Shown here piece after piece: positions 38,901 through 48,230 of a DNA stretch of 60,349 bases. Made by a program: the position numbers and the translations under genes. How positions within the stretch are numbered: the first letter of the stretch is position 1; every line of letters begins with the position of its first letter. The notes beneath the pieces are model-generated. The model saw only the letters and a program-made list of their open reading frames with translations, had not been told where the DNA came from and did not search any database. Source of the stretch: Pseudomonadota bacterium (GTDB lineage: Bacteria; Desulfobacterota; Desulfobacteria; Desulfobacterales; JBDRRP01); the NCBI GenBank assembly GCA_043825735.1, contig JBDRRP010000121.1:62001-122349 (forward strand), in the 5' to 3' direction.

Positions 38901-41900
38901 GCCGTGGGCGGCGTTCGCACCAGTTGGGTGCTCTGGTTGAGATACAGGGGCTTTTGACCCTGGGCCGGCAGCGTTGAGCCCCTCACGACGACCTGGGGTG
39001 CCTGCACGGAGGGGGCGCCGATGCCTTTGGGGTTGGTGACGACGGCGGTGTTGGCGATGATGGTCCCGTTGGGAGCGGCGGCGTTGACGGTCACCCTGAA
39101 CTTGATCACCTCCTGGCTCAGCTTGGCGACATCGAAACCGGTGATATTAAGATAGCCGGTGCCGTTTGTGCCGCCTGTGGGGGTGGAACTGTCGGTGGCG
39201 CCGGCAGGAATCGGCAGGACGACGGTGAACGTATTGACATTGGCCGGGATGTCGTCGGTCACCGAAACGCTCTTGGCCTTTTTGTCGCCGGTCTCGATGA
39301 GGGTGATGGTGTATTCCAGAATGTCGCCGGGCTCCACATCGCCGCCGTTGATATCAAAAACGGTCTTGGTCGAGGTGGACAGATCCGCCACCGTGACCTT
39401 GAAGGGGTCGATGGCCGTGTTGTTGGCCACTGCGTAGTCGGTAATGGTGCCCGACACCACGGCCGTCGCTTTGGCGTCCACCGGCACGACGGTCGCATTG
39501 AATTCGGTGTTGACTACCAGGGTCGGCAGGGACGCCCCCACAGCCAAGCTGCCACCATAGGTGAACGTAAGAACCTGCCCGACTTGACTCGCCAGAGTGT
39601 AATCTGCCGTGGGTGAATACGTTTTGTAATCAATACCGACAGGCAGGGTCACCACCACCGTGATGGGGCCGGGCTCGTCGGACGGACCGTTGTTGGTGAC
39701 ATTGACCGAGTAGATTACATCGTAGGTGTCGACCGGTTGGGTATGGGTGATGGTGACGGCGGCATCCTCGGTGGGCGAAGCGAAAATGATGACGTCTTCG
39801 TCGTCCACAGGATCCATGAACGACGGCGTTCCCGTGTCCTGGGCAACGGTGCCTATATCGTCAAGAAAACCCGTCTGGGTACTGGTCACGCCGGCGGTGT
39901 TGCTGTAGGTTCCCGCAGCGACCGAGCCGGCGACATCGGCCTTGAAGCGGACGGCGACCGACCCGCCCGGCTGAATGGTCCAGGTGCCCCAGGACAAACT
40001 GGTGGCACCGCTGGCTGGATCACTGGAGGGGGGGAAGGACGCTCGCGTAGCGAGCGTTTCGATCGGAACGCCGACGTTGCTGTTGAAGGTGAACCCTGCG
40101 GGAAGCGTGTCGGTGATGACGACATTGGTGGCGGTGGCGGTACCGGGATTGCGGACAACGATCTCCCAGGTCACCGGGGTGACGCCGCGGACGGCGTATT
40201 TGAAAATAGCGTCCTTGTCGATGGTGAGCACCGCAGTCTGCACCGTCACGTCTTCATCGTCTTCAGGGTCCAACCCTGCCGGCGTGTGCTCGTCCTGGGC
40301 CACCGGCCCGGCGTCATCGATAAGCCCGGTCTGTGTGCTGTTGACAAACGCGCTGGCGTCGTAAGTGCCCGGCGGCACCGAAGCGGCCACGTTGGCGACG
40401 AAGGTGAGCACCACAGAGCCGCCCGGGCTGATGCTCCATGTCCCCCATTGGGGATTAGCGGTTCCGACAGTGGGGTTCGTTGTCGGCGAACGGGTGGCGC
40501 TGGAGCCGACCGCACTGGTTGTACTGGCATAGGTGAATCCCGGCGGCAGGGCCGCGGACAGCGTCGCCCCGGTGATGGTGGATGCCCCGTCATTTTTGAC
40601 CGTAATCGTATAGGTGGCCTGACTGCCTGCCGCCACCGTATACGGCGTGGGATCCGTATCCATATCGACGGTGAGCGAGACCACGGTCACGTCTTCATCG
40701 GTCTCCGGATCCTCACCGCTGGGCGTGCCCAGATCCTGGGCGACCTTGCCGCGGTCGTCTATAGCGAAGGCCGAACCACCCCAGGTGCCAGCCGCCGAGA
40801 CGGTATTGTCGTAGGTGCCCGGCAGTACGGTGGACGCCACGTTCACCCGGAAGACGATGGTGGCCTGCCCCTGAGAATCCAGAGTCCAGGTGCCCCAGTT
40901 GAGCGTGCCGGCGCCGGCCGTGGGGGCGCTGGTGGCTGTTCTGGTCACGCCGGCCGTTTCTGCGTAGCTGACCTGGCTGTTGTACGTAAAACCCGTGGGT
41001 AGTACGTCATTGAGGGTGACACCGACTGCTTGGGTGTCGCTGATGTTTTTGATCCGCACCTGATAGTCCGCCGTCGCACCGCCCTGCACCGACGGCGTCA
41101 GGGTATCCTTGTCGATGGTGACCGGCGTGACGTCGATCACGGCGTTGTCAAAGGGGGAAAAGATCTGGGAGCCCATCAGGCGTGTACCCGAGGCCTGGGC
41201 CTCGTTGGTGTACTGTCCCTGGCCTACGGTGCCATCGATAACCACCTGGTAGATGACGGTCAGGGTCTCGTTGGCCGCCATGTTCAGATTGGCCAGGGTT
41301 GCGTTGCTCCATGTGAGCGTCTGGCCGGTGATGGCGGGGTTGGCGGCGGCCCCGGTGATGACCGAGTTATCCGGCAGGGTGATTACCGCCGTGTTGTTCA
41401 CGAAGCTGAAACCGGCCGGCAGCATGTCTTTGACCGACAGGGTGGCCACCGGGAAATCGAAGGTCTTCACGGTGACGGTAAACGTGGTGGTCTCACCGGC
41501 CACCGGCGGCAGCACCGTCGGATCGGCGGTTTTTTCAAGGCCCAGGGTCTGATCGATCCACGCCGGCGGCATGGGCAGGTTGGCCACCCCCAGGTCGAGA
41601 TATGGATTGCCTGTACCGGCAGAGTCCGGGTCCTGGCCCCAGGCCACGACGATGGGCCCGTTGGCGAAAATGTGGGTGCCGGTGTTGACATTGTCCGGGT
41701 CAAATACCTTGAGCGTCTGCAGCCGGTCGCGGGTCACGGTCTGGTCGATAATCCCGTCGGTGGGGCTGTAATCGATGAAGATGACCGTGTCGTTGAAGAC
41801 CGGTGTCACGAAGGCCGGTGATCCGTTGCTGGTGGGCGCATCCTCAGATGTTCCCGGCGCCCAGCTCAGAAAATACTCGTCGGTCAGAAAATTGACCGGT

Positions 41901-43036
41901 ACCAGGTCAAAGCCCCAGTCATAGGTGCGCGATTCGGTGTCCACTGACGAAATGCCCCAGAACACGTTGTCGGAACGAAGATAGACACCTGAATTTACTG
42001 GGACAAACCTGCCGGCACCATCCCGATAACTCACGGTGTCGCGCGCGGGTATGGTGAAACTGCCTGAACCGGTGGTATCCTCGTAGCTGATGATGATGGC
42101 GGTGGTGTGGGGGTTGTAGAGATAGATATCGGTGTTGCCGTTGTTGGCGCCGGGCACGGGGCTGTAATATTCGTTATCCCACAAGGCTTCGGGCATGGCG
42201 TTGAAGCCCCGGCACTCATAGCGGTCCCGCGTGTCGCTGCCCACGACGATGTGCACCTGCACCGGCAGATCGCCATGGATGCGGGTGCCGGCGTTGACGT
42301 CGAAAAGCTGGGTGGTTTCACCTTTGCTCAGGGTGGTGGTCACATCCACATAGGGGGTGTTGGGGTCGTCGATCTGAATGGGGTTGTTGTCGTAGACCGA
42401 CTGGACCAGTACGTAGACCCGTTCGAAATCGGAATAGTTCTTGGGTGCCCCGGCAAGATCCAGACCGACGGGTACGGTGTAATCGGTCAGAAACGGCTTG
42501 ATGGGAAACAGCTCCCAGGCGAGGGCGAACACCGGGCCGGCCGACTCGGTCCAACTGGCGCGCGATACGGTGACCGATGTGCCGGCCACGTAAATGCGGT
42601 CCCCGCCGTCGTAGTAAACCGATGTGCCCCGCGGGTTGACCGGGATGTTGTCTCCCGTTAGGGTGATGACTTCACCGGCGTTTCGGACCCACTTCTGATC
42701 GTAGGTGGCATCCGGATTGGCAGGGTCGAAATCGTAGCCGTCTTCCCAGTGGTCGTAATAGACCGTGGTGTTGTCACCGGTGACTGTGATGGATATGACC
42801 GAATGCATCCCCTGCGCGGCGTCGAGTTGAGTCGCCTGGCCGAGATTGACCGCGATCTTGTTGTCCATATCACTGAACACCGCCCACATCTGTTCGGTGC
42901 GACCAGGAATGTAGTATTCCGAATATCCTGAAGATACTGCCGCGTGGACGGTGCTGACCGCCGCCGGAAGCATCACCAATGCACATAGGGCCACAAAAAG
43001 ACCCAATCGAACAAATCGATGTGAATTGTGCGGCAT
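32978..43036 (-). CDS. giant secreted surface protein: DUF11/Ig-like repeats, dockerin-like module, C-terminal C25 (gingipain/PorU-like) cysteine peptidase domain
   Basis: Signal peptide (RFVRLGLFVALCALVMLPAAVSTVHA); repeated K..Y.I.V.N..D.LP.GF.Y..N Ig domains; DYLVIAP, FVVLAG, PDLAIGRLP, YLGHGG (His), ALTC (Cys), YNLLGDP; ATG 43036 has a GGGAG RBS. Confidence 0.9.
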   Translation of the reverse strand: MPHNSHRFVRLGLFVALCALVMLPAAVSTVHAAVSSGYSEYYIPGRTEQMWAVFSDMDNKIAVNLGQATQLDAAQGMHSVISITVTGDNTTVYYDHWEDGYDFDPANPDATYDQKWVRNAGEVITLTGDNIPVNPRGTSVYYDGGDRIYVAGTSVTVSRASWTESAGPVFALAWELFPIKPFLTDYTVPVGLDLAGAPKNYSDFERVYVLVQSVYDNNPIQIDDPNTPYVDVTTTLSKGETTQLFDVNAGTRIHGDLPVQVHIVVGSDTRDRYECRGFNAMPEALWDNEYYSPVPGANNGNTDIYLYNPHTTAIIISYEDTTGSGSFTIPARDTVSYRDGAGRFVPVNSGVYLRSDNVFWGISSVDTESRTYDWGFDLVPVNFLTDEYFLSWAPGTSEDAPTSNGSPAFVTPVFNDTVIFIDYSPTDGIIDQTVTRDRLQTLKVFDPDNVNTGTHIFANGPIVVAWGQDPDSAGTGNPYLDLGVANLPMPPAWIDQTLGLEKTADPTVLPPVAGETTTFTVTVKTFDFPVATLSVKDMLPAGFSFVNNTAVITLPDNSVITGAAANPAITGQTLTWSNATLANLNMAANETLTVIYQVVIDGTVGQGQYTNEAQASGTRLMGSQIFSPFDNAVIDVTPVTIDKDTLTPSVQGGATADYQVRIKNISDTQAVGVTLNDVLPTGFTYNSQVSYAETAGVTRTATSAPTAGAGTLNWGTWTLDSQGQATIVFRVNVASTVLPGTYDNTVSAAGTWGGSAFAIDDRGKVAQDLGTPSGEDPETDEDVTVVSLTVDMDTDPTPYTVAAGSQATYTITVKNDGASTITGATLSAALPPGFTYASTTSAVGSSATRSPTTNPTVGTANPQWGTWSISPGGSVVLTFVANVAASVPPGTYDASAFVNSTQTGLIDDAGPVAQDEHTPAGLDPEDDEDVTVQTAVLTIDKDAIFKYAVRGVTPVTWEIVVRNPGTATATNVVITDTLPAGFTFNSNVGVPIETLATRASFPPSSDPASGATSLSWGTWTIQPGGSVAVRFKADVAGSVAAGTYSNTAGVTSTQTGFLDDIGTVAQDTGTPSFMDPVDDEDVIIFASPTEDAAVTITHTQPVDTYDVIYSVNVTNNGPSDEPGPITVVVTLPVGIDYKTYSPTADYTLASQVGQVLTFTYGGSLAVGASLPTLVVNTEFNATVVPVDAKATAVVSGTITDYAVANNTAIDPFKVTVADLSTSTKTVFDINGGDVEPGDILEYTITLIETGDKKAKSVSVTDDIPANVNTFTVVLPIPAGATDSSTPTGGTNGTGYLNITGFDVAKLSQEVIKFRVTVNAAAPNGTIIANTAVVTNPKGIGAPSVQAPQVVVRGSTLPAQGQKPLYLNQSTQLVRTPPTAPQSAVEVTSGGNRTWTMTPASQSPLAVSAGAGTIPVTLTVRNGYDGTWTGSTTHAITVTLGYSGAATGTIGNVTQNLSLQNFVDTTTTFNVPISGNLALPTGTALTLRINQTNAGYGDPLDVFPISTGAVVSRAAYQATTVINVDSVAFYSAAYPGGSVVTTTTPGASLYVRAVVSDPFGSSDISGATLDMVDSEGTVRLSAAAMTQVADSGLATKTYERAYTFPAAGPVDYWTASVTAAEGSEGTVTDGGVAAVNVLPASGADLSITKTHSGTFARGANGTFTIRATNNGPAAQTANIVVTDIIPSGMTYVSSTGTGWSVNVVGSTVTWTYAASAGSPVAAGTILPAITLTVAVAGGAPATIQNTATVDLGVGENNPGNNTATDTVSILDLAVSKTVNAGSPYYAGDKASPADELTYTVNVTNASTAPIYKVTVRDLLPAGLTYVSGSTQVSAPDHRIRVTEYFIGAGEFTGTIHELVLKQNLAPDYFVIVQGSAGDGTQNNDIGADANYAALVGDPFGTGDLTGLSRPDAIRFYRNTATNSWMGVVTVVESLDPANADAFRLRDALQVTHNNGTGSGTATSAAWSDLSKVMLVGGFNGAGASSTQATVSSTRNSFVRFYPSGTNTINWVRGNSQGATTSTVMVVEWGANWNVQRSRVQGNNGGNGANATNEYNTAAITSVARANTWVWGTGYTNDNGIGDAAEGVLLTLGNGVTQNTNETLLAAGIEYNNNAVDFEVYALTHGALRVQHIFKPDGDATNNIVDVDYPGAAVKLQGYGMALSYNGQGATNTTYPRPMLSARFIDTDTIRLERRRYGTDFPAWVQGIDFSQFKGATPVVRTGNAPPYLVAAADGYSLQPGESMTVTFRATIAQPTVPGTLTNSVLVSADGFADTAVATRAIEVRTFGDPNFTDAAGNLVPGNSFNYSGAATVPAYLKLVDKDRNTNANGIDTVTVRVTNPLNGDVVIVTLYETGVNTGIFANNSSGQRYELPIIACAVPADCLPTPGPSDPPYPDPANVLYVAPGTNPTLQLYYEDPADTTRDKKTATAFVATLVVLSDVGAYEDGGRSVVYWETASEVGTAAFNIFRRDDSSSAYMPVNARPVASLLGTPHGGIYRLVDPSVRAGQSVSYLIEEIEARGQVNRYGPYSVTVGSVPDKIAVLAPLDGDFARDAHGSNGLPPPARRMALFSRAAFASTPATGDAIKISITSDGLYFVDAAQIEALLGLDSTTVSTLLAEGQLALSRAGRAVPYQPAADNSGLYFYAVALDSIYSGTNVYWLRPGTGQVIADTGTAAGDVTGTDGVTLADAIVSLQVASGIGTGVRGNYAASGADVNGNNRVDLAEALYVIQSLAGARPVAGGGGALSPAPGGQSFTAKIHMEQDVYALTDYFTDPQSDFWVKSYTQTGFGPIFELLAIPLEGDAGTGPVTAAVHLYGAYDDPLVALDHHVKVFVTTNGGVTLTEVGDGLWDGIAPHTIITGDLRPLLGPPGTTYLVMADIPDTGAALNRFALDAIDVTYLRTYAAAGNRLAFTGGGNTVVTVSGFTGTDIRVFDVTDPHFPQRVTETLIDGPAGNYQVTFKPDTPETPYVAVLADSLVGPATLAAVTDSDLRQSTNAYDYLVIAPAEFLTEAQRLVDYRRNQGLAGRAVSFEEIVDTFNHGLYSPEAIKEFLTFARGQWQRAPQFVVLAGNGTYDYKNNENKGDNKLPTMLVGTANGLFASDQTQADITGDGVPDLAIGRLPATSQVELGAMIDQALAFESGSGPWRTKAIMSAGGAEHAGETNNFKSDSDSVAVLLPSGLSVVKVYKDDSKTHTDLVAAINGGAVLFNYLGHGGYDRLAGYNPSAGIASLLDLFVDVPNLTNGTQRPVLTALTCIVGNYGIPGVDTLGEAMLKWPAGGAIAVWSPSGLSINENAVWLDQEYARQLSAAVGERRLGSMILQSLRNYSERSGDTHLTAIYNLLGDPALIMPAFSD

Positions 43037-43288
43037 GTGCGTATCTCCCTGACCACGAACAGTCATAGTTGTCTAAACTAATACAACTATCAATAAAAAC
43101 AAATTGATAAAATAGTAAGCTGGTTCACAGTCGCCAGATTCCTTGGCACTGGATGGTCACCCAACGGGTAGGACAATCCGTATTTTAAACCGCCAACTTC
43201 ACTATGCGACTACAGTCTGTCGGGTATGGATTGACGTTGCGAGCGATCATGATCCATGGCTGACACCGATGCAGACCTCCCTTTAGGG

Positions 43289-43315
43289 CTATCGGCCGAA
43301 ACCGTCAGCCCTTTA
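43289..43315 (-). promoter_or_regulatory. sigma28 (FliA)-type promoter facing the giant C25 gene
   Basis: Minus strand TAAA-gggctgacggtttcg(15 nt)-GCCGATAG versus consensus TAAA-N15-GCCGATAA. Confidence 0.7.
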
Positions 43316-43320
43316 GTCAT

Positions 43321-43461
43321 TGTCCATCCATAAACGGCATCTTTTGTCCCCCGGCGGCGTACTCACTCGTCTTCAATCCTCAAAATAGCAGGCTATTCCT
43401 CCGGTTAAAGACTCGTTCGAGCCTTGCCAGGAGCCAAAATCTACCATTTCTGGATGGACAC
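43321..43461 (-). repeat. structured palindromic repeat, copy B
   Basis: Termini TGTCCATCCATAAA / TTTCTGGATGGACAC; its reverse complement aligns with 43720-43926. Confidence 0.85.
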
Positions 43462-43487
43462 TAATTAGAATCGTGCATAACAGGAAC

Positions 43488-43504
43488 AGCAATTCTCATG
43501 CCCA
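43488..43504 (-). promoter_or_regulatory. possible sigma54 -24/-12 promoter
   Basis: Minus strand TGGGCATGAGAATTGCT gives GG-N10-GC with TTGC. Confidence 0.4.
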
Positions 43505-43719
43505 TTACCTATCCAATTATTAGGTAGCAACCGTCAAAACCGCTCTACCGTGGGGGTGATTGGTTTAAACCCTGGCAATGTCAAACAGTTGCCGCGCCTT
43601 GCCTTTGATGTAAAAAAAGTATAATCGGTATCAATTCACAACCCAACCTACTGAAAAAATATGTTTTTCTTATTGGCCTCTTCATTTTTTGAAGTCGAAT
43701 ATCCAAAATGATGTAGTTT

Positions 43720-43926
43720 GTGTCCATCCAGAAATGGTAGATTTTGGTTCAGAGCAAGGCTTGAGCATTTTCGAAACCGGAGGAATAGCCTGCTATTTGT
43801 CTTGGAAACCCGGTGCTTCGCACCAGGTTCCAGACGAACAACCCGAGGACTTGTCCGCCTTCGGCGGATTTCGAAAAGTGTGAAAACGCCGCTCTGGGCC
43901 AAAAGATGCCGTTTATGGATGGACAC
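43720..43926 (+). repeat. structured palindromic repeat, copy C, with two internal hairpin insertions
   Basis: GTGTCCATCCAGAAATGGTAGATTTTGG ... CCAAAAGATGCCGTTTATGGATGGACAC; inverted relative to copy B. Confidence 0.85.
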
Positions 43927-43942
43927 TATCTGGTTGCCGCTC

Positions 43943-45043
43943 ATGACGACGCCCACTAGAGACCTGTTGATCGCCTTATCGAGAACGCCTGCGTCACCCT
44001 CACCGGCAGACACCCTGCGCTGCGCACATTCAATACGTCACCGGTGGGACGCGCTGCTTACCGAGGCCAACCGTGAGGGAATGACGGGGCTTTTGTATTT
44101 AGGGCTCCAGCAGGCAGGGTGCATGGATGGGGTGCCGGCGTCGTTCGCTGCGCGCATCTCGTCCGTCTACTATCATACGATGCGTTTTAACCTGAGACTC
44201 ATGGCGGATTTGGAAGAGATTCTACAGGAATCCTCTCGGATCGGTTTGGAACCGATTGTCCTCCAGGGGATGGCGCTTCAGGGCGATGTCTATCCGGACC
44301 CAGGGATGCGCCCCATGTCGGATATCGATCTGTGGGTTGACGGTTCACGGTTTGTCCGGTTTGCAACGCTACTGGGCCGGATGGGATACCGACAGGACGC
44401 CATTTATCCAGGTGCCTTTTCCCGGGGGCCAACCAAACTCGACGTTCATACCCACCTCTTCTGGGCGGACCGGCTCAAATCACGAAAATGGCTGATACGA
44501 GGCTCTGTCGAAGGATTTATTGAAAACGCTGAACCGTTTCAAATCGGCGCCACCACCGCCCGGCGCCTTTGTGCGGAGGACCAGGTTCTTTACCTCGGCA
44601 TGCATGCGCTCAAGCACAATTCGGATCGGCTGATATGGCTGGTGGACATCGCCCGGCTACTGGCCATCATGACCGATGGAAAAAACCAACGCATGAGGGA
44701 CCGTGCCGAGGCCTTCGGTCTCACCCGTCAAACGGGCTATGTGGGATATCTCATCGGGCGATTGCTGGGCGAAAAAACGGGACTTGAGACTTGGGCAGAG
44801 GGAATGGGCCCGCTGGCTTCGTGGGTGCTTCGGCGGCGGGATAGCGGAAATGCGCTGCCGGTCTGGGCTCCGCTGGTGCTGTTCACTACGGGAAAAGATC
44901 TGCGCATCGGTGCCATGATGATGTGGGAAATGCTGTTTCCGGACAGAGCGGTCCTCAGGCAGGTCTTCGCTGACACGCCCTCTGCACCGTTGTGGCGCCT
45001 CTACATCCGCCGCCTCACGCAGTTCGGCCGCATGCTCAAATAA
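43943..45043 (+). CDS. nucleotidyltransferase family protein (NTP_transf_5-like, as in lasso/PqqD clusters)
   Basis: IVLQGMAL..VYPDPGMRPMSDIDLWV, LDVH, HALKH, LIWLVDI; start placed downstream of repeat copy C. Confidence 0.85.
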   Translation: MTTPTRDLLIALSRTPASPSPADTLRCAHSIRHRWDALLTEANREGMTGLLYLGLQQAGCMDGVPASFAARISSVYYHTMRFNLRLMADLEEILQESSRIGLEPIVLQGMALQGDVYPDPGMRPMSDIDLWVDGSRFVRFATLLGRMGYRQDAIYPGAFSRGPTKLDVHTHLFWADRLKSRKWLIRGSVEGFIENAEPFQIGATTARRLCAEDQVLYLGMHALKHNSDRLIWLVDIARLLAIMTDGKNQRMRDRAEAFGLTRQTGYVGYLIGRLLGEKTGLETWAEGMGPLASWVLRRRDSGNALPVWAPLVLFTTGKDLRIGAMMMWEMLFPDRAVLRQVFADTPSAPLWRLYIRRLTQFGRMLK

Positions 45044-45337
45044 TCATACGGTGCATCGTGTGGGATATTTGCGCCGTTTGTTAATTTTTGGATCACCTGC
45101 CTGATAGTTGGTCTATGGATAGGGGCCAAGGGTCCGAGGGTTCAAGGGGTCGAGTGAAAAACAACAAAAACAGCAAAATATGTATAGGGGCTTTAAGCCA
45201 TCTGCATTGGATGTGCGTTTTGATCTCACCAGCTAACATGCTGCTGGGATCGGCTACCAGCCACAGGAGCACTGGATAACGCCAATGCCGTCACTTTACC
45301 CCTTGAAACCTTTTTTCAGCTAAGTAAGAAAAAACCT

Positions 45338-46996
<1,659 letters not shown>

Positions 46997-47088
46997 TCAG
47001 TGGTTTGCGGCAAAATGAATACGATAATCCGGTTGTGCACAATAACCCAAGTGACACTGCCACTGTCTCTTTGCGTCATGGGTGGTTT

Positions 47089-47167
47089 ATCACCACGAAG
47101 GACACGAAGGTCTTATTGCACCACGTTTTTTTGGTTTTTCTTCGTGCACTTCGTGATCTTCGTGGTC
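47089..47167. repeat. CACGAAG-type palindromic repeat
   Basis: CACCACGAAGGACACGAAG ... CTTCGTGCACTTCGTGATCTTCGTGGT. Confidence 0.75.
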
Positions 47168-47224
47168 CACATTCAGTGCTGCAGGTATAGTCAGTTTTAG
47201 AAAAATTGCGCACCTGCTGGTGAC

Positions 47225-48109
47225 TCAATTAGACTCAAAGCGTTTTCGAAAATCCTCGATTGTCTTGTCGATCTCACTGGTTGGCGGCGCGCTCCCCGTA
47301 GTGCCGGGCGGCTGGACATAGCGGGCCGCCAACGCTTCGACATCGAAGTCCCCGGGGCGCGCACTGGCTGACGGAAGCACCTTTTCCACCAGTATTTCCC
47401 GGGTCAACACGTTGTTTTCGTATGACTCGATACGCCTGGGAAACCACTGCCCCTGGACTTCCTGCCAGGCCGAAAAATGAATTTCAAACGGGCCACTGGA
47501 ATCCGCATCCGGACGAACGATCCACCGCAGCGGCAAAAACGATTCCTTATCGAGCCAGACCTGAGGCCGGCTTTCGTCGGGATAACGGGCGCCGATAATG
47601 ACAACCAGAGCGTCGCCAAAACGTCCAAGGCTGGTGACCTGGGGATTCACCCCGTAGCCGGCCAGCTTCTCAATGAGCAGAGCGGGTTTTCTGAAAAGCA
47701 GCAAGTCCTTGTACTGGTCAACGGTGGACACGCTCCGACTGGTAACCCGATCATCGGTGATGGTCACCGCCTTGCCTCCGGCCTCCACGTGAATACGGTG
47801 AATCCCCGCGGAACGGATCTCGGATCGGTACCGCTCGGGGAAGAGGTATACCGCCGTTTCGATGACCTCTCGCGCTGTTGTCTCCAGCGCAAGGTCGTGG
47901 AACCGGATGCGTAGCTGTACGCTCAACGCGCTGCCGCTGCCCAGTGCACGGGTCATCAGGGCCGCCGCCTGCGGCCCTGGGACCACATAGGCCTCGACAT
48001 GGGCACTGATAGCGGCCAGGAAAAAGACAGCGGCGAGCATAACGACACAAGCACGCCGCCAGATCGCTATAAACGCCCGGCGACAAGCTGGAAGCGCATC
48101 AGCGGACAT
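47225..48109 (-). CDS. exported protein, possible LolA-like fold
   Basis: Signal-like segment, FPERYRSEI, QVWLDKESFLPLR, WFPRRI pattern; start uncertain. Confidence 0.6.
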   Translation of the reverse strand: MSADALPACRRAFIAIWRRACVVMLAAVFFLAAISAHVEAYVVPGPQAAALMTRALGSGSALSVQLRIRFHDLALETTAREVIETAVYLFPERYRSEIRSAGIHRIHVEAGGKAVTITDDRVTSRSVSTVDQYKDLLLFRKPALLIEKLAGYGVNPQVTSLGRFGDALVVIIGARYPDESRPQVWLDKESFLPLRWIVRPDADSSGPFEIHFSAWQEVQGQWFPRRIESYENNVLTREILVEKVLPSASARPGDFDVEALAARYVQPPGTTGSAPPTSEIDKTIEDFRKRFESN

Positions 48110-48230
48110 GGGCGGCCCCAAAAAAAGGGGCCAAGCCACCCTTGGCTGTCGGGTGTCTTGGCCACTGACGATGTAAGGAGGCATTCACCCCTCCGGGTTA
48201 TGATCAATAAAAAAACGAACCAGTTCGTTT

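Noticed and set aside
33128..42931. Numerous plus-strand ORFs of up to ~420 aa opposite the giant gene
   Set aside because: Antisense shadows produced by codon bias; no motifs.
43599..43625. TTGCCT..TATAAT as a complete sigma70 promoter
   Set aside because: Spacer is only 15 bp, so it is not listed as a feature; only the -10 box is noted.
43718..43942. N-terminal extension of the nucleotidyltransferase ORF
   Set aside because: Encoded almost entirely by repeat copy C.
45120..45312. 8-bp GGTTCAAG/GGGTCGAG-like units between convergent genes
   Set aside because: Degenerate, with only a weak complementary half; probably a decayed REP-like element.
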